In this document: positions 48,800 through 61,140 of the stretch, piece by piece
Layout of the letters: every line of letters starts with the position of its first letter
How positions within the stretch are numbered: the first letter of the stretch is position 1
Assembly: GCF_004010195.1 (NCBI RefSeq)
Contig: NC_057720.1
Coordinates: forward strand, 2,441,002-2,505,001
Source of the DNA: Chiloscyllium plagiosum
Lineage: Eukaryota
Reading direction: 5' to 3'
Length of the DNA stretch: 64,000 nt
Position numbers and translations under genes: made by a program
Notes under the pieces: generated by a model
What the model saw: only the letters and a program-made list of their open reading frames with translations
The model's database searches: none
Told to the model about the DNA's origin: nothing

Positions 48800-51455
48800 G
48801 AATAAAATGGGAAAACTGGCCTGGCCATAGCTAACAAGGGAAATTAGGGATAGTATTAAATCGAAGGAAGGAAGGAGCATACAAATTCACCAATAAGTAG
48901 TGGACCTGAGGATTGGGAGCAATTTAAATTTCAGCAAAGGACGACATATGGATTGATTATGATAGAGTAAGAGAATAAGCTTGCAATGAACATACAAACG
49001 GATTGTTAAAGTTCCTTTAGGGATGTGAAGAGAAAAAGATTCATGAAGACCAATGTAGATCCATTACAGAAACAGAGGATGTTTAATAGGGAACAAAGAG
49101 ATGGCAAACCAAGTAAATTCACAGATTAGTTCTGTCTTCACAAAGGACACCAGAAGTAGTATCCTGAAAGTGTCGGGGAACACCGGGTCGGGGTCGAGTG
49201 CAGGGGAACACGGGGTCGAGTGCAGGGGAACACGGGGTCGAGTGCAGGGGAACACGGGGTCGAGTGCAGGGGAACACGGGGTCGAGTGCAGGGGAACACG
49301 GGGTCGAGTGCAGGGGAACACGGGGTCGAGTGCAGGGGAACACGGGGTCGAGTGCAGGGGAACACGGGGTCGAGTGCAGGGGAACACGGGGTCGAGTGCA
49401 GGGGAACACGGGGTCGAGTGCAGGGGAACACGGGGTCGAGTGCAGGGGAACACGGGGTCGAGTGCAGGGGAACACGGGGTCGAGTGCAGGGGAGGAACTG
49501 AAGAAAATTGGTATCAGTGGAGAATGGTTCAGGAAATTAATGGGATTAAAGGCTGAAAAATCAGTAGGGCCTGATAATCCCTATCCTGGAATAGCTAAGG
49601 AAGTGGCCTAGAAATAATGGATACAGGGGTGGTCATTTTTCAAGATTGTACAGATTCTGAATTAGTTCCGAGAGAGTGGAGGGTAGCTAATGTAACCCCA
49701 TTATTTAAAAAATAAGGTAGAGATAAACAGGGAATTATGGGCTGGTTAGCCTGACATCAGCACAGGGGAAAATATGAAATTCTATTATAAAGGATTTAAC
49801 AGAAGAGCGATTTGGTTTGGACAGAATAAGCACAGATTTATAAAAGGGAAATCATACTTGACAAATTTACTGGAATTTTTAAGGATGTTACTAATAGAGT
49901 TGATGAGGGAGTGCCAGTGGAAATGGTTTATTTGGACTTTCAGAAGTCATCTGTTAAAGAGATTAATGTGTAACGTGATGAATAGAAAATTGGTTAGCAG
50001 GCAGGAAACAGAGAGTAGGAACAAATGGGTATTTTCCAAACGGCAGATAGTGACAGTACCCTGCAGGTACTGCAGGGATTGGTATTGGACCCCAGCTATC
50101 CATATTTATGTTAATGATCGAGATGAGGAGACTAAATATAATATCTCCAAAATTTGCAGATGGCACAAAGCTGGGTGGGAAGATGACCTGTGAGGAGGAT
50201 GCAGAGATGTTGCAGTGTGATTTGGATAAGTTAGTGAGTGGGCAAATGCATGGTAGATGCAGTATCATGTGGATAAATGTGAGGTTATCCACTTTAGTAA
50301 CAAAAGCAGGCAAGCAGATTATGATCTGAATGGCTATAATTTGGAAAAGGGGGAGGTGTAACAAGACCTTGGTGTCCTTACACACAATTGCTGACAGTAA
50401 ACATGGAGGGGCAACAGGTAGTGAGGAAGGAAAATGATATGGTGGTCTCCATAGTGAGAGGATTCGATTACATGAGCAGGGATGTATGTCTTGTTGCAAT
50501 TATACAGGGCCATGGTGAGAACGCGTCTGGAGCACTGTGTACAGTTTTGATCTCCTTATCTGAGGAAGGATGTTCTGGTGTTGGAGTTAGTGCAGCAAGC
50601 ACTGATTCCTGAGATGGCTGGGCTGGTATATGGAGAGAGACTGGATGGGTTAAGACTATATTCACTAGTGTTTAGAAGAATGAGGGGGCTCTCATTCAAA
50701 TCTGTTACTTTCTAAAAGAATGAGACCTGGTAAATGTAAGGAGGATGTTCCTGATGACCAGGGAGTCCTGAACCAGAAGTCACAGTTTAAGGATAGAGGG
50801 GTAGGCCATTTGAGACTGAGTCATAGAATCATAGAATCATAGAATCATAGAATCATAGAATCATACAGCCATAGAGTCATAGAGATGTACAGCATGGAAA
50901 CAGACCTTTCAGTCCAAACTGTCCATGCCGACCAGATAACCCAACCCAATCTAGTCCCACCTGCCAGCACCCAGCCCATATCTCTCCAAACCCTTCCTAT
51001 TCATATACCTGTCCAAATGCCTCTTAAATATTGCAATTGTATTAGCCTCCACCACATCCTCTGGCAGCTCATTCCATACACATACCACCCTCTGCGTGAA
51101 AAAGTTGCCCCTTAGGTCTCTTTTATATCTTTCCCCTCTCACCCTAAACCTATGCCCCCTAGTTCTGGACTTCTCGACCCCAGGGAAAAGACTTTGTCTA
51201 TTTATCCTATCCATGAGAAAATATCTTCACCTAGAGAGTGAGGAGCCTGTGGAATTCTTTGCCAAAGAAAATGGTTGATGTCAAAATATTGAATGTTTTC
51301 ACAAAGGAGTTAGATATAATTCTTAGGGCTAAAGGGAGAAAGTGGGAATAGGGGACTGAGGTGGATGATCAGCCGCGATTATATTGAATGGTGAGGCAGG
51401 TTTGAAGGGCCGAATGGCTTAAACCTGCTCCTAATTTGTAGGTTTCTATATTTTT
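48800..51455 (+). mobile_element. Old CR1 ORF2 with a minisatellite and a nested minus-strand CR1 (50821-51212)
   Basis: WRVANVTPLFK, KGKSYLTNLLEF and KFADGTKLGG; the nested copy has an (ATAGAATC)n tail. Confidence 0.85.
49175..49493 (+). repeat. 22-bp minisatellite GGGGTCGAGTGCAGGGGAACAC, about 14 perfect units
   Basis: GTCGAGTGCA recurs every 22 bp from 49193 to 49479. Confidence 0.97.
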
Positions 51456-52287
51456 GCCAGTTGAGGCTGTCAGAAATGCATTGTTAGCACCTTCACAGAC
51501 ACTTCACTTCCATTTCAGGATGTTTTGGATATGAGATTCACATGAGTCGATAGTCATGTTACATATTTTCAGGGAGGCTTGAAGAAAACTTGCAGCGTTT
51601 CCTGTGCCTCCTCTCACTGCCTCATGATGTGACGAATCTCAGAATATCATTTTGTTAATCCTTCTAAGGAACCTGGCTGATTTGTGAAATTCAATAGTGC
51701 TCTAGTTATTTTTTTATGGAATGTATTTTTATTGGAGCAACAGGAAAGCATTGGGAAAGACAATATTAACCCACTTCATAATGAATTTGAACTTTCTCAT
51801 CTACTTTTTAAGAGCAGAAGCTGAGAAATCCATCAAGCAGATGTTATGAGGCGGGAATGGGCTGCAAAGGAAATGATATGGAATATTCATTTTCTGTGCT
51901 TTTCTTTCAAGTCAAACATTCCTTCCTTGTTTGGAGCTGTGTGCTCTGAAACATATCTATTTAGTTTGAAACATTTTGTCTTGCTGCTTTGAATAAAAAT
52001 CTATGCCAAACTGGGCTCAGGAAGTCACACTGTCAGAATTGGGAGATGACCTGGTCTTTGTCACATTGCTGTTTGCAGGATCTTGCAATGTACACAACGG
52101 CTGTTGTATATCCTGTAGAACCAACCTCCAAGCTGACACTGCAATGACAAACTAAGATTGTACCTAACGTTCCCTACCTAAGCACCTTTGTAATGTCATA
52201 AGTGGCGACGTGTAAACTTTTCACTGTAATCATGTGTGTACATGTGGCAATAAACCTCGTTCAATTCCATACAGTTGACTAAACCAC

Positions 52288-52530
52288 TTGAGGTACCATC
52301 TTTCGGATGGCCCATTGCCCGGACACACTCCCTGCTTTCTCCAATGAATCTAAAAAAATCCCCCTCGCACCATTTCGAAGAGGACCAGGGCACCCACTCA
52401 CCCAATACCAATACCATCAGGGCAGGTGATCTACTCATTATCATATTGCTGTTTGTGCCCATTTCACAGCATTGACTACACTTTAAGAGTACTCCTTAGC
52501 TGCAATGCATCATGGGACTTTATTGAGTTC
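52288..52530 (+). mobile_element. Deu-domain SINE fragment
   Basis: gaggtaccatctttcggatg...gcaccatttcgaagagga.caggg...tcattatcatattgctgtttgtg. Confidence 0.65.
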
Positions 52531-52792
52531 TTTAAAATACAGTTTAAATGGCAGTCTACTCTTTCTTTATATTTTATGTAAAAATATTGACATCAAAATT
52601 TGTATTAATGTCTAGCTTATGTTTCCTCAATGATTGAAAAGTGCACTTTCTTTCATTTCCAATAGTCGCACTGAAAACTAAAATAAAAATGTTTGAGGGT
52701 CAACTTTATGTCCCAAGATATACAAGACAGGAGGGTGCAGAAAGATAAGGATATTTGGGAGATTCTGAGTGGATATTTTGAGCTTTTAAAGA

Positions 52793-53880
52793 AACATAGA
52801 AACATAGAGAAGTGGAGCAGGAGTTGGCCATTCAGCCCTTCAGATCTGCTCCACCTTTTGATATGATCATGATGTGGAGGGGCTGGTCTTGGACTGAGGT
52901 GGATAAGGTCAGAAGTCACCCGACACCAGGTTATAGTACATCAGGTTTATTTTAAATCACAAGTTTTCAAAAGTGACCTGCCTTCACCTGACAAAGGGGC
53001 AATGCTCTGAAAGCTTGTAATTTCATATAAACCTGTTGGATTATAACCTGGTGTCATGTGACTTCTGACAATATGATCATCAACCAACTCAGTCCCTTGT
53101 TCTCATTTTCTCCTCACACCCTTTGATCCCTTTAACCCTAAGAACTAATCTAACTCCTTTAAAATATTCAATGTCTTGGCTTCAAGTTTCTGATCAGTGA
53201 ATTCCATAGACTCCCCACTCTCTGGTTGAAGAAATTTCTCCTTATCTCGTCCTAAATGTATTCTTAGTCTCTGATCCTGAACTCTATATCCCAGTTATTG
53301 GGAACATCTTTCCTGTGTTAACCCTGTCTAATCCTGTTAGAATTTGACAGGCTTCTATGACCATTGTCTCATTGTTCATTGGAAATCATTGTGGAATTCA
53401 TTGCCACGGAGCGCAGTGGAGGCCGGGACGTTAAATGTCTTCAAGGCAGAGATTGATAAATTCTTGAGCTCGCAAGGAATTAAGGGCTACAGGGAGAGTG
53501 CAGGTAAATGGATTGAAATGTTCATCAGCCATGAATAAATGGCTTAGTGGACTCAATGGGCCGAATGGCCTTACTTCCACTCCACATCTAAACTCCAGTG
53601 AATATACTCCTAATTAATCTAATATCTCTATACGTCAGTCCTGCCATCCCAGGAAATATCCCTCTCTAGCCAGAATATTCTCCCTCAGGTAAGGAGGACA
53701 ATACTGCATATAGTAGTATATAGAACTATACCTTAATCCTTCTTGAAACTATTCAATGTTTTGGCCTAAACCACTTTTTGTGGTGGTGAACTCCACAGCG
53801 TCCCCACTCTCTGGGTGAAGACATTTCTCCTCATCTCAGTCCTAAATGGCCTACCCTGTATCCATTGACTGTGAATCCTG
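52793..53880. mobile_element. Nested CR1 3' fragments (mainly minus; plus at 53383-53585)
   Basis: CR1 tail and LWNSLP..AVEA..L.VFKAEIDKFL. Confidence 0.75.
52871..53070. mobile_element. Inverted pair of hammerhead-type termini (AGCT family), decayed
   Basis: 10-bp TSD ATATGATCAT (52861-52870, 53071-53080); gtcagaagtcac..acaccaggttata is mirrored by tataacctggtgt..gtgacttctgac. Confidence 0.85.
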
Positions 53881-53941
53881 GCTCTAGAACCAGACTCTGA
53901 TCCTTGCTAAACATAAATCCTTTCCAAATTTCTCCACAAGG

Positions 53942-54183
53942 TTAAAAACCAAAAGAACAGCGGATGTTGGAAATCAGAAACACAAACAGAAATTGCTCAA
54001 AAAGCTCAGCAAGTCTGGCAAAATCTGGGGAGAGAAATTAGAGTTAATGTTTTGGGTCCAGTGACCCTATCTCAGAACTAAGTTAAAGTTAACTTAATTT
54101 CCTAGGAAGAGTCACTGGACTGAAAATGTTAACCCTGATTTCTCAGCACAGATGCTGAGCTTTTCCAGCAATTTCTGCTTGCG
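53942..54183. mobile_element. Inverted pair of hammerhead-type termini, decayed
   Basis: TSD TTTCTCCA(C/G)AAGG (53929-53941, 54184-54196); mirrored arms around a palindromic spacer. Confidence 0.8.
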
Positions 54184-55189
54184 TTTCTCCAGAAGGGTTC
54201 TGATGTTCTGACATTGTTTTTTGACAATGTCACATTTTTCTTGCATAAGAATTTACAAATCAGCTTCACTCACAGGAATGAAAAAAAATCTCTGTTTATT
54301 TCAAGCCAGCATTATAACAGGTGGGTATTTACATCTTTGCAAAATGCCTCAGGAAAGAGAAAACGTTACTCCTTTCAAATTTAAGCTCCTTGCGGATTAG
54401 TTGAACTATATCTCTTTCTCCGTTAGCAGACAGTTATGTACCTCTGTTTGTTCCCATTCATTTTGTGGGGATTAATTCTCAGACTGTCTCGCTCAAATTT
54501 CAGGGTCTGTCTGAAGTCTCTGGAGGGAGACAGCCTGACCACAGAACTTCCCAAAAAAAGACTGAATGCATAGGAATGTCATGTGGTACAATGTTTAGTG
54601 TGATAGCACTGTCTATTTGTTATTCTCTGCTTACTCAAGGAGGTTGCACAGCTTAAAACATACTGTAAAATGTAGTGTATCCCTGTTACTGTTCACTTAT
54701 TCTTTCAGTGTTTAATAAGCTTGTTTAACATTTAAACACAAAGTCACAGCCTGGTGTCGTTGCTTCTGAAGTTAAGACAAAAAAGGCATGTGCTTTAATC
54801 AGCTTTTTGGAAGAAAATTCAGAGATGTTACTTTGATCTTTGGGGTGTCTGCAGCTGTTCTCAGTGGAAAGGGAAACAGAAAAATGTAGAAACAATCCAT
54901 TTGGCTCCTCACCTCTGTGCTAGTCAATAAAGAGCTTTCCACTCTCATCCTGCTTTCTGATTCTTGATCTGTTGTTGTGTGGGTTATAAGTTCTTGAGTA
55001 TTTTTATTAAATTGGTAAAGGTTTCTGACTCTTCCCACCCTATTGGGCAATGAGATCCAAATCCAGCCTCTGGATGGAAGGAATACTCCTCAATACCCTG
55101 CTTCAGTCTCTGCCCCCAGTTGCGAATTCTCAGCATTGGTAAGCTCAGTTGTCTAAGGTTGGTGCAAAATGATGCCAACAACACCACAG

Positions 55190-55745
55190 CTGGAATATGA
55201 CGAATAGATTTGGGCCCCTTATCCAAGGAAAGATAGACTGGGATTGGAGGCAGTCCAGAGAAGATTCACTCAACCAGTACCAAGTATGGAGGGACTGTCT
55301 TATGAGAGGTTGAGTAGATTGGGCCTATACTCATTTTAATTTAGAAGAATGACAGACAACCAATTCTTAGGGGGTGAGGTCTGTAGGGTGACAGGGTAGG
55401 TGTGGAGAGGTTGTTTCCCCTTAGAGGAGAGTCTAAGACCAGAGGGCATCATCTCACATTAAGGGGTCACCCATTGAAGACAGAGATGAGGAGGAATTTC
55501 TTTTTTCAGAGGGGAGTGAATCCATGGAATTCTTTATCACAGAAGGCTGTTGAGGCTGGATCATTAAGGATATTCAAGGTTGAGACAGACAGATTTTTAA
55601 TTTAGTAAGGGAATCAAGGGTTGTGGGGAAAAGGCAGAAAAAGTGGAGCTTAGGGCAATCACTTCAGCCATGATCTTATTGAATGGTGGAGCAAACTCGA
55701 TGGGCAAATGGTCCCTTTTGCACATATATCTGATGGTCTAATGTC
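55190..55745 (+). mobile_element. CR1 3' fragment
   Basis: TRGHHL.LRG...KTEMRRNFFFQR.VN.WNSL. Confidence 0.85.
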
Positions 55746-55819
55746 AGAATTAATTCATGGAGGCTGTGCCTCCTCTTTCCCCACACTGGAGTGGTGCATC
55801 TTAAGCTATGTAATATTGA

Positions 55820-55878
55820 ATCTCTCTCTGTCTCTGTCTCTGTCTCTGTCTCTGTCTCTGTCTCTGTCTCTGTCTCTG
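55820..55878 (+). repeat. (TCTCTG)n microsatellite
   Basis: Read directly from the sequence. Confidence 0.95.
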
Positions 55879-55914
55879 TTCTTGTGATAGGGAGAGATCC
55901 CCATTAGCAGTTAC

Positions 55915-57015
55915 TGACAATTCAGCCTTCAACACTATTTTCCCCTCGAGACTGATTACTAAACTTAGTGATCTCGGACTAAGCCCCTCTCTCTGCAACT
56001 GGATCTTCAGTTTCCTGACCCACAGGCCACAATCAGTGAAGATTGGGGACAATATTTCATCCTCACTAACACTCAACACTGGAGCCCCCCAGGGGTGCGT
56101 ACTCAGCCCCCTACTGTACTCACTGTATACCCATGATTGTGTCACCAAATACCAGACTAATGCCATTTACAAGTTCGCTGATGACGCCACCATAGTTGAA
56201 TCTCAGTTGGGAACGAAACAGTTGGGGAAGAGAAGTGGAAGACCTGGAAAAATGGTGCACTGAGAACAACCTAGCTCTCAATGCCGGCAAAACCAGAGAA
56301 CTCATTATTGACTTTCGGCGGGATGTTACTCGCCTCCATACACATTTTCAGCATAGAGGTGGAATGAATGGAGACTGTCAAGATCCTGGGAGTGGTCATC
56401 AACCACAGGCTTTCTTGGGCTCTTCATGTGGACACAACAGCCTAACAATGTCTCTTCTTCCTCAGGCAGCTGAGGAATTTTGGCATGACGGCGAATACCC
56501 TCGCCAATTTTTAAAGGTGTGCCATCGAGAACATTCTGTCTGGATGTATCACTACCTGGTATGGCAACTGTACCATTCCAGATCGGAGATGGTTACAGAG
56601 AGTGGTGAACTAGGCCCGGACAATCACAAAGGCCAACCTCCCATCTATAGAATCCATCTACCAGGCCCACTCTCAAGGAAAGGCCGCCAGCATTCTCAAA
56701 GATCCATCCCACCCTGGCAATGTTTTTCTACAACCTCTACCATTGGAGAGAAGGTACAGAAGCCTGAACACCAGCACCGGCCAGTTTTGAAACAGTTTCT
56801 ACCCTACTGTTGTTAGAATACTGAATGGACTCACAAACTCTTTGCATTCGCCTGTACCTGTGTTTTTGTTTTTGCCGCTGTTTACCTATTATTAACTATC
56901 TATGCTACTTAACTCTGTGATCTGCCTGAATTGCTCACAAGGCAAAGCTTTTCACTGTGCCTCAGTACAGGTGACAATAAATTCAATTCAATTCAATTCA
57001 ATTCAATTCAATTCA
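55915..57015 (+). mobile_element. Rex1/Babar LINE 3' half with (AATTC)n tail
   Basis: [18 protein letters not shown] and YKFADD; same family as 12992-14572. Confidence 0.92.
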
Positions 57016-57039
57016 CTGAGAATACTGTGTAGAAGGCAT

Positions 57040-57915
57040 GATCTATAAGTTTGCAGATGACACCGAAAGTGGTGGTAACAGTGAAGAAGGTTATCTAAGA
57101 TTACAAAGAGATCTTGATCAATTGACTCAGTGGGCTGAGGAGTGGCAAATGGAGTTGAATTTGGATAAATGCCAGGTATTGTATTTTGGTAAAACAACCA
57201 AGGGCAAGACTTATACGGTTACTGATAGGGCCCAGGGTTGCAATTTAGAACCGAGAGACCTAGAATTCAAGTACATAATTCTTTGAAATTTGCATCACAA
57301 ATAGACAGAGTAGTCAAGAAGGCATTTAGGACACTTGCCTTCATTACTCAGACCACTGAATATAGGTGTCGGGATGTCATGTTGAGATTGTAAAGGATGT
57401 TGGTGAGGTCTCTTCTGGAGTGCTGTGTGCAGTTCTGGTTGCCCTGTGATAAGAAGAATATTATTAAATGGGACAGAGTTCAGAAAAGATTTACCAGGAT
57501 GTTGCTGGGAATGGAGGGTTTGATTTATAAGGAGAGGTTGGATAAGCTGGGAGTTTATTCAGTGGAGCGTAGGAGGTTTTGCGATAACCTTAGAAAGGCT
57601 TATAAAACATGAGGTGCATAACAAGGGTGAGGGAGTTCAAAACTAATTTTATAGTGAGAGGAGAAAGTTTTCAAAAGGACAGGAAGGGCAACCCTTTTAC
57701 ACAGAGAATGGTTCGTGTGTGGAATGAACAGCCAGAGGAAGTGGTGAATGCAGACACATTTACAGTATTTAAAAGACATTTGCATAAGTACGTGAATAGG
57801 AGAGGTTTGGAGGGATTTGGGCCAAATGCAGGCAATTGGGACTAGTTTAGTTTGGGAACATGGTCAGTGTAGACTGGTTGGTCCCAAGGGTCTGTTTCCA
57901 TGCTGTATGACTCTA
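57040..57915 (+). mobile_element. CR1 ORF2 3' third
   Basis: KFADDT, LQRDLDQL.QWAEEWQM and RVQKRFTRML. Confidence 0.9.
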
Positions 57916-58881
57916 TTGTCAATACCACATGAAGTTCTTGAGGTAGGGCATATAGGAATATGGGAAATGCAGGCGCCAATATACAGGTATTTCTCATGAC
58001 CAGGACTTCATAAAGATGTAATGTAGTTTGTAAAACATGTCAGATAGTAGGAAAACCCCAGCATGTGATCAGACCAGCATTTCAGATTAAATTTACCAGT
58101 TTTTGAAGAACCATTCTATCAAATGTCTGAATTGTGTAGGATCATTATTAAAATTGAATTGGTATATCCTAACTATTACTGATGTGACAATAATTCTCAG
58201 AAGTGGTTCCTTTAGTTTTTCTATACATTATGAATTACTAATTGTGATAAAGTCTGATCAGGGTTCTAACATTAACTAAAATTTTCCAGGAGATCATTCA
58301 GTTTTTTATTATTTGCTGCCAGAGATTTCCCAAATGAATCGACTGGATAGAATCATTTGAATTTGCTTGTGATGTGGAGGTCAGAGGTCTGCTAAAGTTG
58401 ATTAGGGAGAATTTCTTGAATAAGAGAGACAAATCCTCAATGTTGGATTATGTGCTCATGTCCTCCCGCTCTAAGGACATACCCACCCTTAGGGCATTGT
58501 GGGTCTACCTAGAGCACCTGGGCTGCAGCGGTTTAAGAAGGCAGCTCACCCCCACCTTTTCAAGGGCAACTATGGACAGGTAATAAATGCTGGCCAGCTA
58601 GCAATGTCCACAAGTGAATAAAAAGGTTTTGAAAAATACAGGAACATTTCAAAGTGTCATAGTGAAAATGAAAGACTAGGCAAATAAACTTTCAACAATT
58701 GGAACATTTCAAGTGGGAGATGAGGTTTTGGTATTCCTGCCTTTACAACATTAACCTTTGAAAGCAAAATTCATTCAAGGCTCATCTAAGGTAAATCAAA
58801 TCATTGCATGGTAGCTCAAAGGGTTAGTAAAGTGACTTATCTGATTAATACTCCTGGATGAAGAATCAGTTCTGTCAGATT

Positions 58882-59224
58882 CAGGGTGGCACAGTGGCTC
58901 AGCGGTTAGCACCGCTGCCTTACAGCACCAGGTTCAAGTCCACCCTTGGGTGACTGTGTGGAGTTTGTACATTATCCCTGTGTCTGCATGGGCTTCTTCC
59001 AGGTGCTCCGGTTTCTTCCCACAGTCCAAGGATGTGCAGATTAGGTGGATTAGCCATGAGAAATTACCCAGTGTCCACAGATGTGTAGGCTAGATGACTT
59101 AGCCATAGGAATTGCAGGGATAGAGTAAGGGAGTGGGTCTGGGTGGGATGCTCTTCAGAGGATTGGTGTAAATTCAATGGGTTGAATGGCCTGCTTTGTC
59201 ACCGTATGGATTCTATGATTCTAT
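58882..59224 (+). mobile_element. HE1-type V-SINE
   Basis: tRNA head, V-domain, attctatg tail. Confidence 0.9.
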
Positions 59225-59367
59225 AAACCTGCTGGAAAGGTATCATTGCAGAGAAGGGGATGAGGAGGAACAAATATGTCAGGTTGTTAGAGTAGTGGAA
59301 GATAATAGAGATAATGAGAGTGTGGCAGAAGGAGAGTTAGACAGTTCACATTGTGAGCCTCCTACGA

Positions 59368-59750
59368 TTCACTCAGTAGCAGCAGTGTATACTATCTTCA
59401 AGATGCACTGCAGAAATTCACCAAAGATTCCCAGACAGCACATTCCAAACCCACGACCACTTCCATCTGGAAGGACAAGGGCAGCAGATACTTGGGAACA
59501 CCACCCCCTGCAAGTTTCTCTTCAAGCCATTCACCATCCTGACATGGAAATATATCGCCGTTCCTTCACTGTCGCTGGGTCATAATCCTGGAATTTCCTC
59601 CCTTAGGGCATTGTGGGTCTACCCACAGCACACAGACTGCAGCAGTTCAAGAAGGCAGCTCACCCCCACCTTCTCAAGGGGCAACTAGGGATAGGCAATA
59701 AATGCTGGGCCCAGCCAGTGATACCCACATCCCACAAATGAATAAAAAAT
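59368..59750 (+). mobile_element. 3' end of the older CR1/L2-group LINE (related piece at 58480-58625)
   Basis: VAAVYTI.KMHCRNSP; ends ggcaataaatgctggg...cacatccca..aatgaataaaaaa. Confidence 0.8.
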
Positions 59751-60744
59751 CTTGACTAACACGGAAACACTAGATCAGTTTAATACTGTTTCTCATATTT
59801 AGAGAAAGGATAGCAAGAAGCAATGAGGAAATATGGGATAATCTGCAGAGTTAGACCTGGATGTACTACATTATTTGGACATGATGTGGACATAGGAGAA
59901 TCAGAGCCAAAAAAACAACACCTTTGTCAGCTGGGCCCAGAAAAACGAGTTCAGGTGGAAACAGAGATTCATGACATGGAAAACCACTTGATTTAACCTA
60001 GTCCACGGTGACCTTTCACCGACCTCTTTTAAAGAATCCACTCCAGTTATGAACAGAAAACTTGAAATAAATCAAATTTTCCACAGCTTCTTTGACACTT
60101 AACTCCTCCATGAAATATTAAATATAAAGCATTTTCAGAACAACGTATCTAACAATTTCACTTCAAACTTCTGGCAAGTTTGCCTGGGTTCAGCAACGTA
60201 TGAATGGTGCTGTACTGCACTGCATGCCTGACATTGTGAAAACTAATCATGGGGCTTCCCCCTAATCATTGGAACACAGCTTCTTTCTGCCAGTAGGATA
60301 TTCAAACACACAAGTGGAAAAAATGCATTGCATTCTGTTTGTGTTTTGCCAGAGGTCCTGAAGGTTAGTTCCAAATGTACATCAATCATAGTTTCAGACA
60401 ATAACAACTGTCTCATGGATATGCAGACACCTGCATGAAAAGTAATTACAGTGCCATTCTGTTAAACACAAAACAGTTTCTCAAGAGACAGTGTTATATT
60501 TTGAAAAGTACTTCTTCAAATTTCATGTTAAGAATAACTAATTTATAACACTTTAATCCTTTTCTCTCAACTTGCAATTTAACTTGAAAAAATCTTGATG
60601 TAGCAATGATTATATACAACGTTGATCAGATAACATTGCTGTCCTTCCACATTTGGATTCCAGACTCTAATGGATTGATCTCACTGAGTAAACTCTTTCT
60701 AAAATGTATGAATAATTTGATCAAACACAAGGACCTTTTTTTTA

Positions 60745-61140
60745 GAGCTTAGGAGAATGAACTAGGTCTCATTCAGACATATCAAATTCTGAAAGGGGCT
60801 TGACATAGGAGACACAGAGAGAATGTTTCTGTTGATCAGAGAATCTGAACATGGAGGTGTGGAGGGGAAGGGCACAGTCTCAGGGTAAGGGGCAGATCCA
60901 TTGAAAGTGAACCGAGCAGAAAGGGTTAACAGTCTTTAGCATTCTCTACCCCAGAGGCTTGCACCATTGTTGAATACATCTAAGGCTGCCATTGGCAGAT
61001 GTTTGATCACTCAGGGAATTGAGGGATATAGGGAGTGGCAGGAAAGGGGAATTGAAACCCTAGATCAACTGTTATCATATTGAATGACAGAGCACAGCCG
61101 ATGGGCTGAATGGTCAACTCCTACTCCTATATCCTATAGC
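60745..61140 (+). mobile_element. CR1 3' fragment
   Basis: Degenerate ORF2 end and gggctgaatgg...actcct tail. Confidence 0.7.

Larger units (their letters stand above)
57920..60005 (+). mobile_element. Decayed Gmr1-like Gypsy pol (integrase followed by RT start)
   Basis: Order: PGLHKDV..CKTC/CQIVGKPQ/PVFEEPF, then FQVGDEVLVFLP..PLKAKF, then NLLERYH, then PGCT.LFGHDVDIGESEPKKQH...QVETEI. Confidence 0.7.

Noticed and set aside
49064..49611. Several repetitive ORFs; CRISPR-like regularity
   Set aside because: These are translations of the 22-bp minisatellite. There are no unique spacers, and the DNA is vertebrate.
55801..56166. ORF with a (QR)n tract
   Set aside because: Antisense Rex/Babar sequence plus the (TCTCTG)n microsatellite.
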